Below are positions 25,200 through 38,810 of a DNA stretch of 64,000 bases, in pieces; position 1 is the stretch's first letter; each line of letters begins with the position of its first letter. This DNA comes from Rotaria socialis (Eukaryota), in assembly GCA_905331485.1 (NCBI GenBank), contig CAJNYT010000051.1:407310-471309 (forward strand). The letters are read 5' to 3'. The translations under genes and the position numbers were made by a program. The notes under the pieces were generated by a model. That model did no database searches. It saw only the letters and a list, made by a program, of their open reading frames with translations, and was not told the origin of the DNA.

Positions 25200-26940
25200 T
25201 GGTACGATCAATACCGACGAGTAAATGTTGAATAAACGGATGCCATGATGAATCTTTCAATTCTAATTGTCTGCAATAAATACCATTACGTTGGCCCGTT
25301 TGCTGATAGAATTCGATCGCCTGTTTTATTTTTCCATGCATGCTAGCCGGTAAATAGTTGTAAAGATTGATCTTAATGATAGAAGAGAAATTTGAATGAA
25401 GAATGACGATATCAAAAAACGAAATTGACTCACTTCGATTTGTTCAATACTAGTTAACATTTCAAACATATTCTGTTGTAATGATTGTGTTTTAAGAACG
25501 AGCCATAGAAGAATGACACCCGTACCAATCAAACGAAGAAGTTCGTTGCGTACATTCAAAGCTAATAAAATAAAATTCGTTTTTCTATACATCAGTATGA
25601 AAATCATCGAATATTACCGAGTGAATTAAAACCTTGTTCGCGCAAATAATGTTCAAGGCCATTAAAAATTTCAAAATCTATATGAAATACATCAGCTAAC
25701 TCTTTATTCAATATAAAGGAACCATCCTATATTTGAATTCAACAGAAAACAATAAATAAATGCCGTAAATGATAATCGATACTACCTCGAATTGAAGTTG
25801 CATAACTTCTTCAATCATAGTCTTTGTAGATTGAACATCTTTGAGCTTACCAAGAAGCGTGTCATCAATTGTTTTACCTAAATTCACGAATTATCAGTTT
25901 CTTTGGAGAATACTAACAAGACATTGACGAACCTAACGTAGTAGCAAGTTCACCCGAAAAATTATGTATTACAGTTTCGGTTTGGCCGTCAAGCTAACAA
26001 AATTAACAACAACAGAACAATTGAATTACAACAAAATGATATACTACGCACCGTGTACAATGGATCCTCAGGCTTGCGATCATAAACTAGAAAATAGAAA
26101 GAATTAAATATCATTTGTTTTTTTGAAACACTGACCAGATTTAGCTCGGAAGTTTGCATCACTCTCGACATAAGTAATATGTTGTTCAATGTCATCTACT
26201 GACGATCCTAGAAAAGTTTAAAATATATTTAAAGATCAAATGAAAACAAATCGAATAAATATCGTACTTGCGAGATCACCAGGATTGATAGTAATGGATG
26301 CTTTGGCACCGGAACGTGCTTCCTCGGCGTCAACACGAATTATACCATTCGCATCGATCTCCATTCGAATAGCTATTTCGAGCGTCTGAGCAGCAAAGTT
26401 ACGTGTTAGACCGCTAAGACACAATTCTCCCAATAGTAGCTAAAATAGAAAAAAAAGACTATAGAATGAAGTTTATCCATTTAGCTCACGACATACATTG
26501 TATTTCGTCAGATTATGTTCGCCTTCAAATATGCGAATAGAAGCTGTCGTTTGATAGGCATAAGCATTGGTGAATATTGAATAAAATTGAGTTCGCGTTG
26601 GAATCGTTGTATTACGACGAATAAGTGTGTGCATGTGACCGTGAGTATCTTCTACACCCAAGCCCAGTGCGCATACATCGAGGAGTAATAGGTTGTGGAT
26701 GGATCCCTGTGATGGCACATTATCTTTGGGTGTCCTATGAGAGATCAGTTTTTATTTTTATTATCATTTAAAATAATTTCACGAATAACGAATAACGGTT
26801 AACATTTAACCGTTGCACATATCTGTGAAATCGTACAGTACTTACATTTTTCGTTTTGCTTTCTTTATACATAACAGCGAATGTGAGACTGTACTTTCTA
26901 ATTCGATGTTTTGCATATCGCTATCATCGAAGCGCCTCTA
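25200..26940 (-). CDS. Hsp70-family gene portion encoding the substrate-binding domain (SBD-beta plus lid); no nucleotide-binding domain found upstream
   Basis: Exon about 26473-26735: TPKDNVPSQGSIHNLLLLDVCALGLGVEDTHGHMHTLIRRNTTIPTRTQFYSIFTNAYAYQTTASIRIFEGEHNLTKYN (compare the Hsc70 linker and SBD-beta LLLLDV...LIKRNTTIPTKQTQ...YEGER). Exon about 26239-26433: EIDANGIIRVDAEEARSGAKASITINPGDL (compare FDIDANGIL..ITITNDKG). Further C-terminal exons about 26110-26215, 25990-26090, 25640-25900 and 25200-25610. The upstream exon 26849-26940 (RRFDDSDMQNIELESTVSHSLLCIKKAKRK) joins in frame via the donor aat|gtaagt, but it is not NBD-like. Confidence 0.55.
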
Positions 26941-27099
26941 GAAGCGAGTGAAAATGTTGCAAAAATATTGCATACTCATTTACGTACTTCCGCCAATTTG
27001 AACAAGTGGTGCATTGGCTTATTCATTCTTTTGCATGAGGTATCAGATAAGGTACACATGCGGACTTTCGGTTGTGGTACCTGAGCTGTCTGCATGTAG

Positions 27100-30000
27100 C
27101 AGCTACCCCCACTACTACCACCAGCACGAGGTGCTACGGATGGTTGCTGTGATGACGATGATGAAAACGAAGAAGAAAAAGGTGTTTTAAAATAATCTAG
27201 GCCAGATGACGATATTGGTGAGATACCTAGAATATATAAATTTATGCAACTATCAATCGATCCACATGAATAATATGCTGAACTATGATAAATTATATTA
27301 CTATCATAGATAAAGTAATGAAGTATGATGATCTTTTAGATTTGCGTCATCATATTACTATCATATCCCTACTGAATGAAGATAAAGCTAAGATGATTGT
27401 ATATCACTTGGAGACAATGTTTCTTTAGAAAATATTATCTACCTGGCTTTGTTATTGATCGAAGTAAATTACACAAACTACAGTCTACTATTATGAAAAA
27501 TAGATATAGAATTTTCTTTTACTATAATTTTTTGAATTTGTCTTAGGAAACTACAATATTTACAACGGTATTGAACATCTATTTAGAAACAACAGGTCTA
27601 ATAGTAAATTACTGCAAACTATCCACCGCATATTCATTATACGCATAGCTTGAATTTATGAAATACAACATTATTTACATTTTGTATTCCGAGCTATGCT
27701 TTGTATTTCAATAAGACAATCAATAAGAACAATCGTAAGGAAAGCTAACTGTATACTGCGAAATGTACCATAGAATTCTAATGGACGCAACCGATTCAAA
27801 TATATTATGGCTACAGTGAAACTTCAGGAGTAACATGAATTGAGGAAATGATACTGATTGCGAAAGAGAAGTAGTAGAAGTAGCGGCTTTTCCCACCTCT
27901 AGATATTGTAAGTCTATCGATGATAGAAAATGGCAATGCCGAGTACAGAAATTAGTATTATTCTATTTGCGACTCACCAACTGCTGATTGATAATTCATT
28001 TGTGGTGCCATATTCGGAAAAGTTGCGTTGTTATTATTGGTGTTGTTTATTATTTGATCTTCTGCTTCGTTCATTAGATTTGATGCACTAGCATACATAA
28101 ACATACTCTGAGGTTGTTCACTAGTACCAGGGACTGCCATATCAGAATAGGGCTTTGATGTATCCATTGAGGATTTCCGAAAAGAGAAAAAGTTTGACAT
28201 TCCACCTCTATCTCTCGATGAAGATCTCCCTATGGTTAATTGTTGTTGTTGTTGTTGCTGCTGCCGCTGCGGTGGTGACATTGACATTGACATTGGCATT
28301 GGTGGTGCCGCTGGTGGTGACATTCTCATTGACATTGGTATTTGTAGTGGTGGTGGTGGCATTCTCATTGATATTGACATTGGTGGCGGTGGTGGTGGTG
28401 GAGGTAGTGGTGACATTGACATTGGCATTGGCGGTGGTGGCGGTGGTGGTGGCTGAGATGATTGCCAAGATACACTTGATGATGGAAGTAGTGGAACTAT
28501 TAATAAGAATTAAGGGAAATGCTTTTATATCTCGAATAGAAATAATGGGTTCTAGTAAAATGTATTCGGATAAATTAAGAACGATTTGGTAGCGTAGCTC
28601 CTTCATGTCTACCATTTGAAACTCATATATATATATTATTTTGCTTCCCTAAGCTAATGCAAACTATATATAAAGCAAAAACTCTTTCGTAGTGTTTAAC
28701 AAAAGATCTGCATACATCTAAGGCATCTACTTCCCGTTAGAAATGAAGACACAATGTTATAGGCCTAACTTAAAATATCACCTGTAGTTGTTTTACGGCT
28801 ACCGCCAAAATAATGCGCTGCTGAAGCAGTAGATTTTGATGAGCTTTGACATCGTTCCAATGATTTTGAAGCTAGAGAGAAACTAGACAGTGGCATGCAA
28901 GCAGGAATGGATGGAAAAAGGAAGAAAGGAAAAATGTCGAAAGGGAAAAATATCGAAAATAAAAATGTCGAAAACAAAAATATGAGGTGAAAATGACCAT
29001 GCAAGATTGAATTGAGGTTGAGGGGGACTTGTACTTCAAAATACTCTCGTTTTCAGCATTTTTATCCATCTACATTTGTATTAATTTTGTTTTCGATATT
29101 TTTATTTTCGACATTTTTCCCTTTCGATATTTTTCCTTTCTTCCTTTTTCCATCATACCGCAAGCAGTAACTTCACGTAGTCGTGGAGGTATTATGGGTG
29201 GCGCAGGAACTGACATTGTAAAGAGTATAAAGAAATAAGCTTGAAACTAAGAACAATTTCACTCATACTTCGTATTTTCTTCTCTTGTTTCGCTTCTTTT
29301 TTAGGCATTTCCTTTAACTTTGGCTGGGATCCTGATTTCGAAAGTAATTAAAATAAAATAAAATAGATTTCATAAATAGGTATCTGTACATTACTTTCAT
29401 TGATCTTTGTGGTAGGCATAAGATGACTCGTTGGAGAAGACATCCGCGTGTCCATGAATCGAACAGATCCAAAATCGCCGCCGCCACTACCACCGCCGCT
29501 ACCGGCAGCGCCTATAGTCGCCTTGCCACTCATTGAATCACCCTTTTTATGTTTCACTGATGACTCTAGTTTCAAATCACTGGATTTCTTCGATGATTTT
29601 ATCATTTCTAGGTTCTTTGCTAAAAATACAATCAAACATGAACTTCATGATATTGCTACTTATCGAAATATGAAATAGTCTATTCATTACTGATAGAAAA
29701 GTGGTAGTATTCAATGACGCAAGCTTCGTCTTTCTTTGTGAAATATAGTTGCTTTGCACTGCCAAGTACAGATTGAGACAAATAGTATAGTGCTGGGTTC
29801 GATATAATAATAATCCATATATATATATATATATATATATATATCGCCATTGAATGAATAAACTGGCATATTCTTGCAATAATCAAAAAGTTGACGAGTA
29901 CTTATGTATTCTTCTGGGAATCAATGCGTATAGAGATTTTGTAATTTACTCATTAAAGGGAACTTTACTTTCAAAGACTATCTAATAATTATCTGAATGG

Positions 30001-33000
30001 CTACTAATGTTCCAAAGCTATCGATAGGAAAACGGTTATGCCATATATCTGTCTATTGTGATTTCCTTTTCATTTTTGTCAATCAGATAAATATATTCAC
30101 TTTTTGAATGTTTTGATGACTAGTGCCTAGTTGAGGATGTGGACTAAGTCTACCGAACTATAATTCTTTATGGTACATTTAACATTTGTAATTCACTACA
30201 AATAGATAAATCAGTTGGTTTGAGCGACTTTATTGACTCCGAAAAAAAAAGTCTAGTAGTCCCTAAAATAACAGTGACAAACATATTAAATTAATGATAA
30301 TATCATCAAAATTTTTACTTCTCATCGTTTGTGCTAAGTGACCTCATTAAAAAAGAATGGAAGCAAACGCTATTTCACGAAAGTATTATTATGGTGTCCT
30401 TTGATGATTATAAAAATTGTATTACTTACTAAAATCGATATAGGAAGACTCATCCATAGTATCTAAACAGCTGAAATCGATATCGGAGTATGGATCAACG
30501 TCTGATTCTTTCGACTGTAACTGTGGCGATCCTGATGGCGCTTCAACTGAAGGAATATTCACTAAAAAAAATACAATACATTCAACCGCGAGTAGAAGTA
30601 CATAATCTAAGTGCTTTTTGAAAAGCAAACATTATCAAAAAAATTATTTTTCTCTACTATTATATTCAAAGCCTTGTATTTCTAAATGAAACATAAAAGA
30701 AAATATTTAGTACTACATAGTTATATTTTCCTAGATAAAATCAGTAGTATATTTTGGTTCTTTAATTGGTATTCAAGTTGCGTAGTTATTACACTGTAAA
30801 TTGACTTGTTTTTGGACATCATTCTTATACTCAAGCAGTATTTTATTCATTCTATTTTGGTTTTTTTTAGTACTCCAGAAATGCAACAAGGATGTAATTA
30901 ATATATTATAACTTAGAGTTATTCATATACAATGCACAATATAGCTGATAAAGTTCATGGAATACAAATGTGTCTAAATTTCTACTCTACATGTTCTAAG
31001 CCTGCTGTTAGATCATGTTGCACAGATGTTGAATAACTTACCACATCTAGAATAGGATGTGCCATCGTCGAACAAACCGAACCCCATATCATCGCCTTCA
31101 TCGTCTGACTCAATTGGCATTAACCGACGTTTCGATGAGCTCGTTTTTGAAACCATAGGTTTGGATGCTAAAATTAAAAACAGAAAATTTTAACGAACAA
31201 TAGAAATAAATCATGTATAACGTTTTGTAAAATTCAGTATCAGAATATTTTACTCTCTCCTGCGACATTCAAAAGTCTCTTCTGTCTGAAGGAAATATTT
31301 AGTATTGTACTCATCAATTTCTGAATGAAATAAATATATTTCGATTCAAGCATCGATTTTAAATATTTGACAATGAATTACAATATATATATATCAATTG
31401 ATATACGATCTGTAGTAAATCTGACAAAAACCGTGGGTTTCACGCGTGTTTAAAGTTCTACCGTATATACGTCAACCCTATTTTGACACGATATTTCTCA
31501 AAATTTGCATAACTCACCAGATACAGGAAAAGAGACGTTGCAGAGCAGGCGGCAGTGCAGATCCCCCTCGTCTTCATCATCTAATTCAGCCGATTTTGGT
31601 GATAATGCGACAGAATTTGGTACCAACTCATGCTTCTCTGCTAAAATTGAATACAGAAAGTTTCAAACAAAAGTAGCTACAAATAACTGATGTAATTTTA
31701 GAAAAGCAAAAGACTATAAAAACAATTTATTGCCGTTATGATTGTTGAACTATTTTTTTTCCGCAAAGCCGACATGGCTAGATAGATCTGGGCGATCTGG
31801 TTTGAAATGTTAACATGGAAGCTACTTGGTAGAGACCTTTTAGAAAAAAACAGTAGTTCCTGCTTTTTATATAAATAATGATAGAAAAACTCATTGTACT
31901 TATTGGTTTTTCATATGCAGATTCAGGCAGAATTTTCTACATCAGAATGAAAAAAATGAAATCTACACAATGATCTTTTTTTCGTAGTATTGATATATAA
32001 ATTTGTTGAAAACTGTTTCAGCCAAGAAAAAGAAAAGCTGTTATCATAATATGAGTACGGTGAAATTGTGAAATACGATGGAACTTCTAATATGGTAGAA
32101 GAGAAGATCCATCATGTTTCATCTTACGAATTTTAATCTCATATTAACGTTTGACAGGATTCAAATTCATTCGCTCACACTGCTATAGAAAATCTTTCAC
32201 GAAAAATGCACCACTTGCCTGATGAAGAAGCCCCGCCATCATCAAATAAGTCCCAGCACATTTCATCATCTGCATCCTCTGATTCTTCTGATGTTGACGC
32301 AGTTGACAATCCTTGTCTGCAAGATATAAGCATTCCTAAAAGTAAAGGCAGACTATTTCGATGAGAAATACAATTGCTGGATAGTTATAACTCAGCTTGC
32401 TGTTCATCGAATAATTTGTTGCTCAATCTTTCGTTTAAAAAATTCTCGTTTTACTTTGGATTTGGGTAAAAATGAGAAGGTCTATTTGTAAGTGTCCTGT
32501 TACAATTTTTATTATTTTATTATTTGAATCAATCAAAACAAGAACTGAGATGTTTCCTACCGACATATTTATTAAATCTACTTAAGTTTCAGCTGAAATC
32601 AATAAGGATGTAGAAAATGATTTTCATGTCACTCTCACCCTTCAACACACTATCTTTCAACATAAAAGTCTAATATGTGTATAATGTATTAATTACCTAT
32701 ATCACGACGTAGCTTTTTCTCCTTTTGTGATGATGAAAGTTCGATACGATCTATGCATTGGCTTTGTTCGGCTATCTGAACAAGAAATATTCATTTTTGT
32801 AGGAGTCCGAAAATCAGAAATGATTTTTTTAAATTACCGAATCGGACATGTTTTTTGCCAGCTGTTTTAATCCAGCTAGTGATTGAGTATGTTCCAATAG
32901 ATTAAGATCTAGTAAAACAAGATAAAAAATATTACTTGGAAGAAAAAAATTGTTTTTTTTCCACACTCTACATTGCGACATTTAACAAAATTCATACAAA

Positions 33001-33690
33001 ATGAGTAACGATCTTCATTACTATGAATGTTTACCATTTCGATTTCATTTAATCTCAATATCAAACATAAACTTTACTAATATCCATTGTTCATCTAGAG
33101 GTCGTACATTCTGATTAGAGCAAAATTGAATATTAATATAGTATTACTATCTCTCGCATGTTTTCCAGATTGTTATACTACTCTAAACTCTTTCTATCCA
33201 TTTAACAGCATTGTCAAAGAACAACCGATTGATCGAGTGAGCGACAACTAACTAGTGTAATGAATCGTTTTTAAAATTATCTATGACATTCAGAATGTCT
33301 AAGCATTATTTTATTGTTATTTTTTTCCTTCACGAATACGATCGAGTTCTTAGATTTATTGTTATCACTCAGTTTTTTCGGTAATAGTTTTAGAGCAGAG
33401 TTGGTACCGTAAAGAGCATACATACTATATATGAAAATAGAATCACTTAGATGCTATATGATGTACTTAGACTATAAAAATCAAACTCTTCTGTCTTTTT
33501 CTCTCGATTGTAAATTAAAAACTTTTCTTACCATCACCTTCGGGGAGTTCTTCAATTCTAGAGAAAGAAAGACAAATTTTGTTTTCGAATACAATCTTTC
33601 TGTTTTGTTACATACTCTACGTTCATTGTGATCCTTAAATTGTTTGCTGCACATCGTTGTTCTAATGCTTGTCGTTCTTCAGTTGTCGCG
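27100..33690 (-). CDS. Putative long multi-exon gene for a low-complexity protein; it may continue into the Hsp70-SBD exons
   Basis: Same-strand exon candidates: 33610-33690 (MLSATTEERQALEQRCAANNLRITMNVE, gtatgt donor), 32847-32915, 32690-32775, 32230-32335 (..SEDADDEMCWDLFDDGGASS), 31520-31640, 31025-31160 (..SDDEGDDMGFGLFDDGTSYS), 30430-30560 (DVDPYSDIDFSCLD..SSYIDF), 29350-29640 (Gly/Ser-rich), 27958-28500 (PPMSMS repeats, polyQ), 27100-27230. Linkage into one transcript is inferred, not shown. Confidence 0.3.
28232..28456 (-). repeat. Coding minisatellite: degenerate CAATGTCA/CCACCACCG repeats giving (P)n-MSMSM-(P)n protein repeats, plus an adjacent (CAA/CAG)n polyQ
   Basis: ggtgacattgacattgacattggcattggtggtg... 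repeated. The minus-strand translation is MPMSMSPLPPPPPPPPMSISMRMPPPP...QQQQQQQQ. Confidence 0.8.
28909..29152. repeat. About 70-bp near-perfect inverted repeat (arms 28909-28983 and 29085-29152) with an about 100-bp spacer; predicted long hairpin or cruciform
   Basis: The left arm ggatggaaaaaggaagaaaggaaaaatgtcgaaagggaaaaatatcgaaaataaaaatgtcgaaaacaaaa equals the reverse complement of the right arm, apart from 3 atgtcg/atatcg swaps. Confidence 0.85.
29817..29844. repeat. (AT)14 microsatellite
   Basis: atatatatatatatatatatatatatat. Confidence 0.9.
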
Positions 33691-33751
33691 CTGAGCATCT
33701 CATTCTTTATATCTATTTTATAATTTTTTGAAATAACAAATTTTTCAATAT

Positions 33752-36700
33752 CTATTCTAATCTAATCAACATACCGTTTCGCATTTTATCTTCAAGTTCA
33801 TTTGCTTTATCATGTTCATTTAATGAATGACGATATGTACGTATAATAGACATCATCATGTCGAATTTAGCATCACCACCTGCTCGATAGGAGATTTTCT
33901 CACAAAGTTTTTCAATATCAACAACCGACTCTTTTTTGCTAAGAATCGATGCACTTTCGAGTGAAACACGACCATCGATTAGTTTCTGTTTAATCAAAGC
34001 CAAACTTGATTTATCACCATCCCATTCTATGTATGGTAATATATCGACATCTCGATCAAGCATAACATCGATGAGACGAACGCCTAACATTGAACAAAAA
34101 AATCTAGTTATCATAGAATATGAGTTTTCTACAAACCTGGTTGAAGAGTTGACTGATCTGTTTTGGCATCACGTTCTTCAATGGCAACAAAACTGGTATA
34201 TGGACTGACAACAGAATAATTAATACTCAAATCTATGAGATCTTGTTTACATTGAATTTTAATCAATTCGTTTTCGCTTTCGTCTTTATGTAATACTCCG
34301 TTTTCATAATCGTCAATTATCGCTCGTGCAGTTAGACAATGTAGAATACGTCCTCTAGTTGTTGTCATTGGACTACTGAATACAGTAGTAACAAATTCTT
34401 GCCCATCGATAGTCGCCGTTAATGTTGCTTTGTGACAATTGTGTATAAATCGATAGACGCTGAGTCGCATTCCATCGAACAAAGATCGGATCATTTTTGG
34501 CGCTTGCATATTGAATTTTTGTCCTTCGTCCAAACCACCATGCCAATCAATCGATATACTTGTAACACATGGTTGTCGGGTATGTTCGAGGATCTCCAAT
34601 ACTTTTGTTTTCCACTTCGATCGATAGTTCGAATCGAATATTGTTACTAGACCACCTCCTCGTATCCCACGAGTTAACTGTTTCAAGCCATGCTTGTTAG
34701 CAACATTCCCAATTGAACATGCAAATAAACGATCACAACGCATAGTTGGTCGATGTTCAAGTAGAGCAATAATCGAATTAACATCATGGATATGTCCGTC
34801 AGATAAAAGAATAAATTGGCGACCCGATTTCGACGACGATAAAGATGGTAGTAATGAATAACGATGAAGAACAGCTAATAAATCTGTATTACCACGATGA
34901 ATAAGTGAATGCTAGAATATACAAATTTTATTAGAAAAACAAAATCATCTCAAACAAAAACTACCGACCAAAACAAAATGTTTGGCTTTATCTAGGTTCT
35001 CTTTTGTAGTTGGTGTTGAAATTGGAAAACATTCATCATTATCTAAATAGTTCAATTTTCAATAGTAGGCAAAATAATATGGTTGAGTATCGTCGTATTA
35101 CCTGACCCAAAAGTAACTACATTGAAATATGTATTTTTATTATCAACTTTCAAATTAGTAAGAAATAAATGAGCTAGCTGTTTAGCTTGTTGAACATGAC
35201 TACCATCCATTGAGTTCGATACATCGACAATGAAAATAATTTCGACTGTTTCGTTCGACATCGATAATGTTTCGAATCTTGGATAGAAAGTAAGTAAACA
35301 TGCTTCAGAATCGCGATTCTTCGATGTTGTTGTTCCATTGTTATCATCTAATGCCCATGTTTCATTTGATATTCGAGGCAAATTAGCACTTTTAAGTGTT
35401 ACCGAAAGAACAAAATCTCGATCGAGTAAAACATTATCGACAAGTTCGACCATGGCCATACAGTCGGTCAGTTTTCGACGAAGACGATGTGTCGGCGAAA
35501 ACAATTTGGTTATTTCATAGGGCATAAGAATAGATGTTTTGAAACTGAATTCGACTTTTTCGTCGACAATATCAATAGATCGTACAGTCGATTGATCTTT
35601 TGCTTCAATGGCTTGTTTCGATTGCCATGAAGCCATTTTTGCTGGAAGTCGAAAGATAATATCGCCATTTTCGATTTCTAATTCGGCAACATAGGTTATT
35701 TTGATAATGACTTCATTGTTGGCTGGTAAGTTACCAACAGCTACGCTGAATACTTGAGCCTGCTCCTGATGCATCAAATAGGCACCGTGGCCTTTTTCGA
35801 TTGCTTCTCGGTATTCTTGTTTGGCTTGTTCTTTCTCTTTGACTACACCTTTAATAATTTTATTATTGATATGTGCTTCAAAACCACATACAGTTGAATT
35901 TTCATCAAGTGGAAACACATATTTAGCTTCGATAGGTGTCGAACTCGTATTATGATAGACTTGATAGAGAACAACCTTATCGATGAAAACAAAACAGGAT
36001 GTATTAGTCGATCAAAACAACAGCTATAATTACTTCAACTGTAGCATCAACGATTTGAGCTCGAATATGAAATGATTTCAGTGGTACAAGTTTTCCCGAT
36101 GATGGACATACTAAACCATAGTCTTGTTCGGCTACTTCAATAATTTCATCATCAATTGTCAAGGGAACTTCGACTAGAACGTAGCAGATAACCTAGCTGA
36201 ATTTTATTGGAAGATAAAGAATCATTATTACCATGTTCACTGAGTTTTAATGCATGTTGCTCATGATGGACAACGGGTAAACGTTCTAGTGCAATATTGA
36301 TACTATCATTTGGTATCCATGAAACTTCCACAATGTAGAGTAAACGTTGTTGATCGAGTTGGTAAATTGCATATTCATTGTCCTATTCCAATAGAAATCA
36401 TATTTATTATTGCAACATTTAGCATGTCGGTATAAGTGACGCTGCTCCAACAATTTCGTATCTAGTTTTATTGAAAACAATGAATACAAAGATATAGAAC
36501 ACAATGTCAAATATTGATCTCTCGTTTTTCTTATTGTATTGCCACGCCATTCATGGCTGCCTGTTCACAACTATTCTCTTCATATTTTTATCGAATATGT
36601 GTTGAAACTCTGGCAATGATACACACGATAAAAATGCTTTCCACAAGCATTCGCGAGTGTAATATTATCAGAAACAATACAAGCAAGCTACTTACGCTAA

Positions 36701-38810
36701 ACATGGAACGATTTTCTTCCGTTCGTTTGACACCATGCGTGCTATGAAAACCATCAGGAGGTTTGGTGATTGTCGGTGAAAATGAATAATAATTCGCTGA
36801 TTCACCTAGGGCGACTTGACAAACACATAATAGTCGTCGACCTGGTCGCGTTGTGCTAGCTGTCGTATATTTTAGCGACGTAGAAACAGAGTCAGAAAAG
36901 TAAACTCCATAACCAAGACAACCAATATCAGTACGGACAACACCTAATTCTTCTACTACCATTTTTGGCATGGCCAAACCACTGAATGTATACATTCACA
37001 CAATAAATATTGTCTCGAGAGAAAGATGAATAGTTTACCGTGAAAGAATTCCAAGAAAATTGGCATATTTTGATCCATGAAATAGTTGCTGTTGATTAGA
37101 TAATGACGTTCGAAAGTTGAGTGCATCTGTTTGCTTGGCTACGCTGAATATTTGATGAATAACGATTTTTTCACCACTAACGAACCGAGAAGCCGATACA
37201 TGTGAAATCAAAATTCAATTCAACTCACTTATCTGTTGACGATTGAATATGTTCGGCAACATTCATAAATTCAGGTGTTGAACTATCGACCATTTCAATA
37301 TGACAGTTCAATGCTCGATATTTTGCTTCGATTGGAGCTTTAATATTCCAATTGGTTAGTTCATTGACTGTGAGCATATCTCGGAGTAACTAAACGAGCA
37401 AAACGTCCAATGAAATTATTAAAATAAATCGACATACCTGACATAAGTCAATTTTTTCAGTTAACGCTCGACGATTTTTTACGAGATCAACCTTATACTC
37501 CGCACGATGCGGAATAAGTGTATAGAAACGAAGCGCAGCAGCAGGATCATTCGTTGATTTGAGTTCAAGTAGTGCAGCCTCAGCTTCAATGATCTGTTCG
37601 GTAGTTTGAAATAAAACTTAATTGGAATACATAAAAGAAAATGAATATATGCGTACAGTTTTGAGAGTAATCGATTCAGGTAATATGCTCAATATTTTAT
37701 TCAAATCACCGATCGATTCTAACCAAACCGATTCAATCAATTGGCATACGTTATCATCGAGTATTTGTGTATCAATGCGATTAGCAAATAAAGACTAAAG
37801 ATATTTTATTTAGTATTGAAAATAAAACTTCTTAATTAATATCATTGACTTACGCGTAGTAATAGTTTTGATCCTAACTTATCTGGTAACATTTCACGAA
37901 TTCGTGTTACACGTGGCATTTTAGCTATTCGATAATAGTATGATGCAAATAATTGTTGTTGTTCGTTGGGTTCATCATCGAATGCATATTGTATCAATAC
38001 TTTATTATCTTGCTTTTGTCCTTGACTAACAATAGTCTGCTTTTCGTATCGAAACCGTAGTCGATAATCTGTCATTGCTCGATCAAAATATTGTTCAGGA
38101 ATAACTTGAAGTTCAAGAACAAAAAATACATCTGAATTGTCATTAGTTTCCTATGAAAAACAATTACAATAGAAGCGAACTAAAGTGATGAAAGAATATT
38201 AATCCTACTTTAAAAATGGCCCATTTGGCTATTTCGCAATGTGTCAATTCATCAAAACGAGGCAAATCAGCATCGTCTGCATTCCATAGTTTTACTTTAT
38301 TCAAATCAAAACGATTAGCTTTAATGCTAGTTGCCTGGGATCCTAACAAGTAGCTATGTAAGACATCAATCAAAACACAAGAACAACGATATGATACCTG
38401 CAATGGGAATAGTGCCTGTTTTTGTAAAATTCTCCTGATCTTCAACTGATTTGACAATAAATTTGCTAATGTCAATTGGCGTTTGACCCGACTGTAAACG
38501 TCGACATTCATATACATATTCAACATTGACCAATGGTAAGCCAAGTTGTTTTGCACGACGGACTTTGTAGCTATCGAAATTATTCGTAACAAATATGTAG
38601 TCAGTCTAGAATAAGTTCTAGTAAAACAGCATATATATATAGTATAGAAGAGCAACATACACTAGCAGTAAGTATGTATGAAATACGTGCTTGCTGTTCT
38701 CGTAAATAGTTGATCAACTCTTGCTTAGCCTTGAATCCTATTTCACGACCGAGCTCGAGTACAATTGTTTTACCATTGAATGGCGATAAAAATGTGGCAG
38801 ATACACTCAT
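33752..38810 (-). CDS. PARP4: Vault poly(ADP-ribose) polymerase (PARP4/VPARP)-like gene: BRCT-like N-terminus, PARP catalytic domain, VIT domain, VWA domain; multi-exon
   Basis: Exon blocks: 38601-38810 (N-terminus MSVSATFLSPFNGKTIVLELGREIGFKAKQELINYLREQQARISYILTA), 38164-38658 (helical/regulatory), 36588-36995 (PARP catalytic: LGYGVYFSDSVSTSLKYT...RRLLCVCQVALGESANYY, compare GKGIYFAD...LLLGEVALG), 35052-35918 (VIT: CGFEAHINNKIIKGVVKEKEQAKQEYREAIEKGHGAYLM...VFSVAVGNLPANNEVIIKITYVAEL; VWA MIDAS motif IFIVDVSNSMDG), 34129-34743 (VWA continuation), 33752-34114 (C-terminus, stop TAG at 33752-33754). The domain order matches PARP4. Confidence 0.75.

Noticed and set aside
28155-28615. Plus-strand ORFs of poly-Val/Ala and poly-Cys/Gly, and a second minus-strand frame (T/N/V-rich)
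   Set aside because: Alternative-frame read-through of the coding minisatellite. Only the minus-strand Pro/Met/Ser frame is contiguous with the flanking coding sequence
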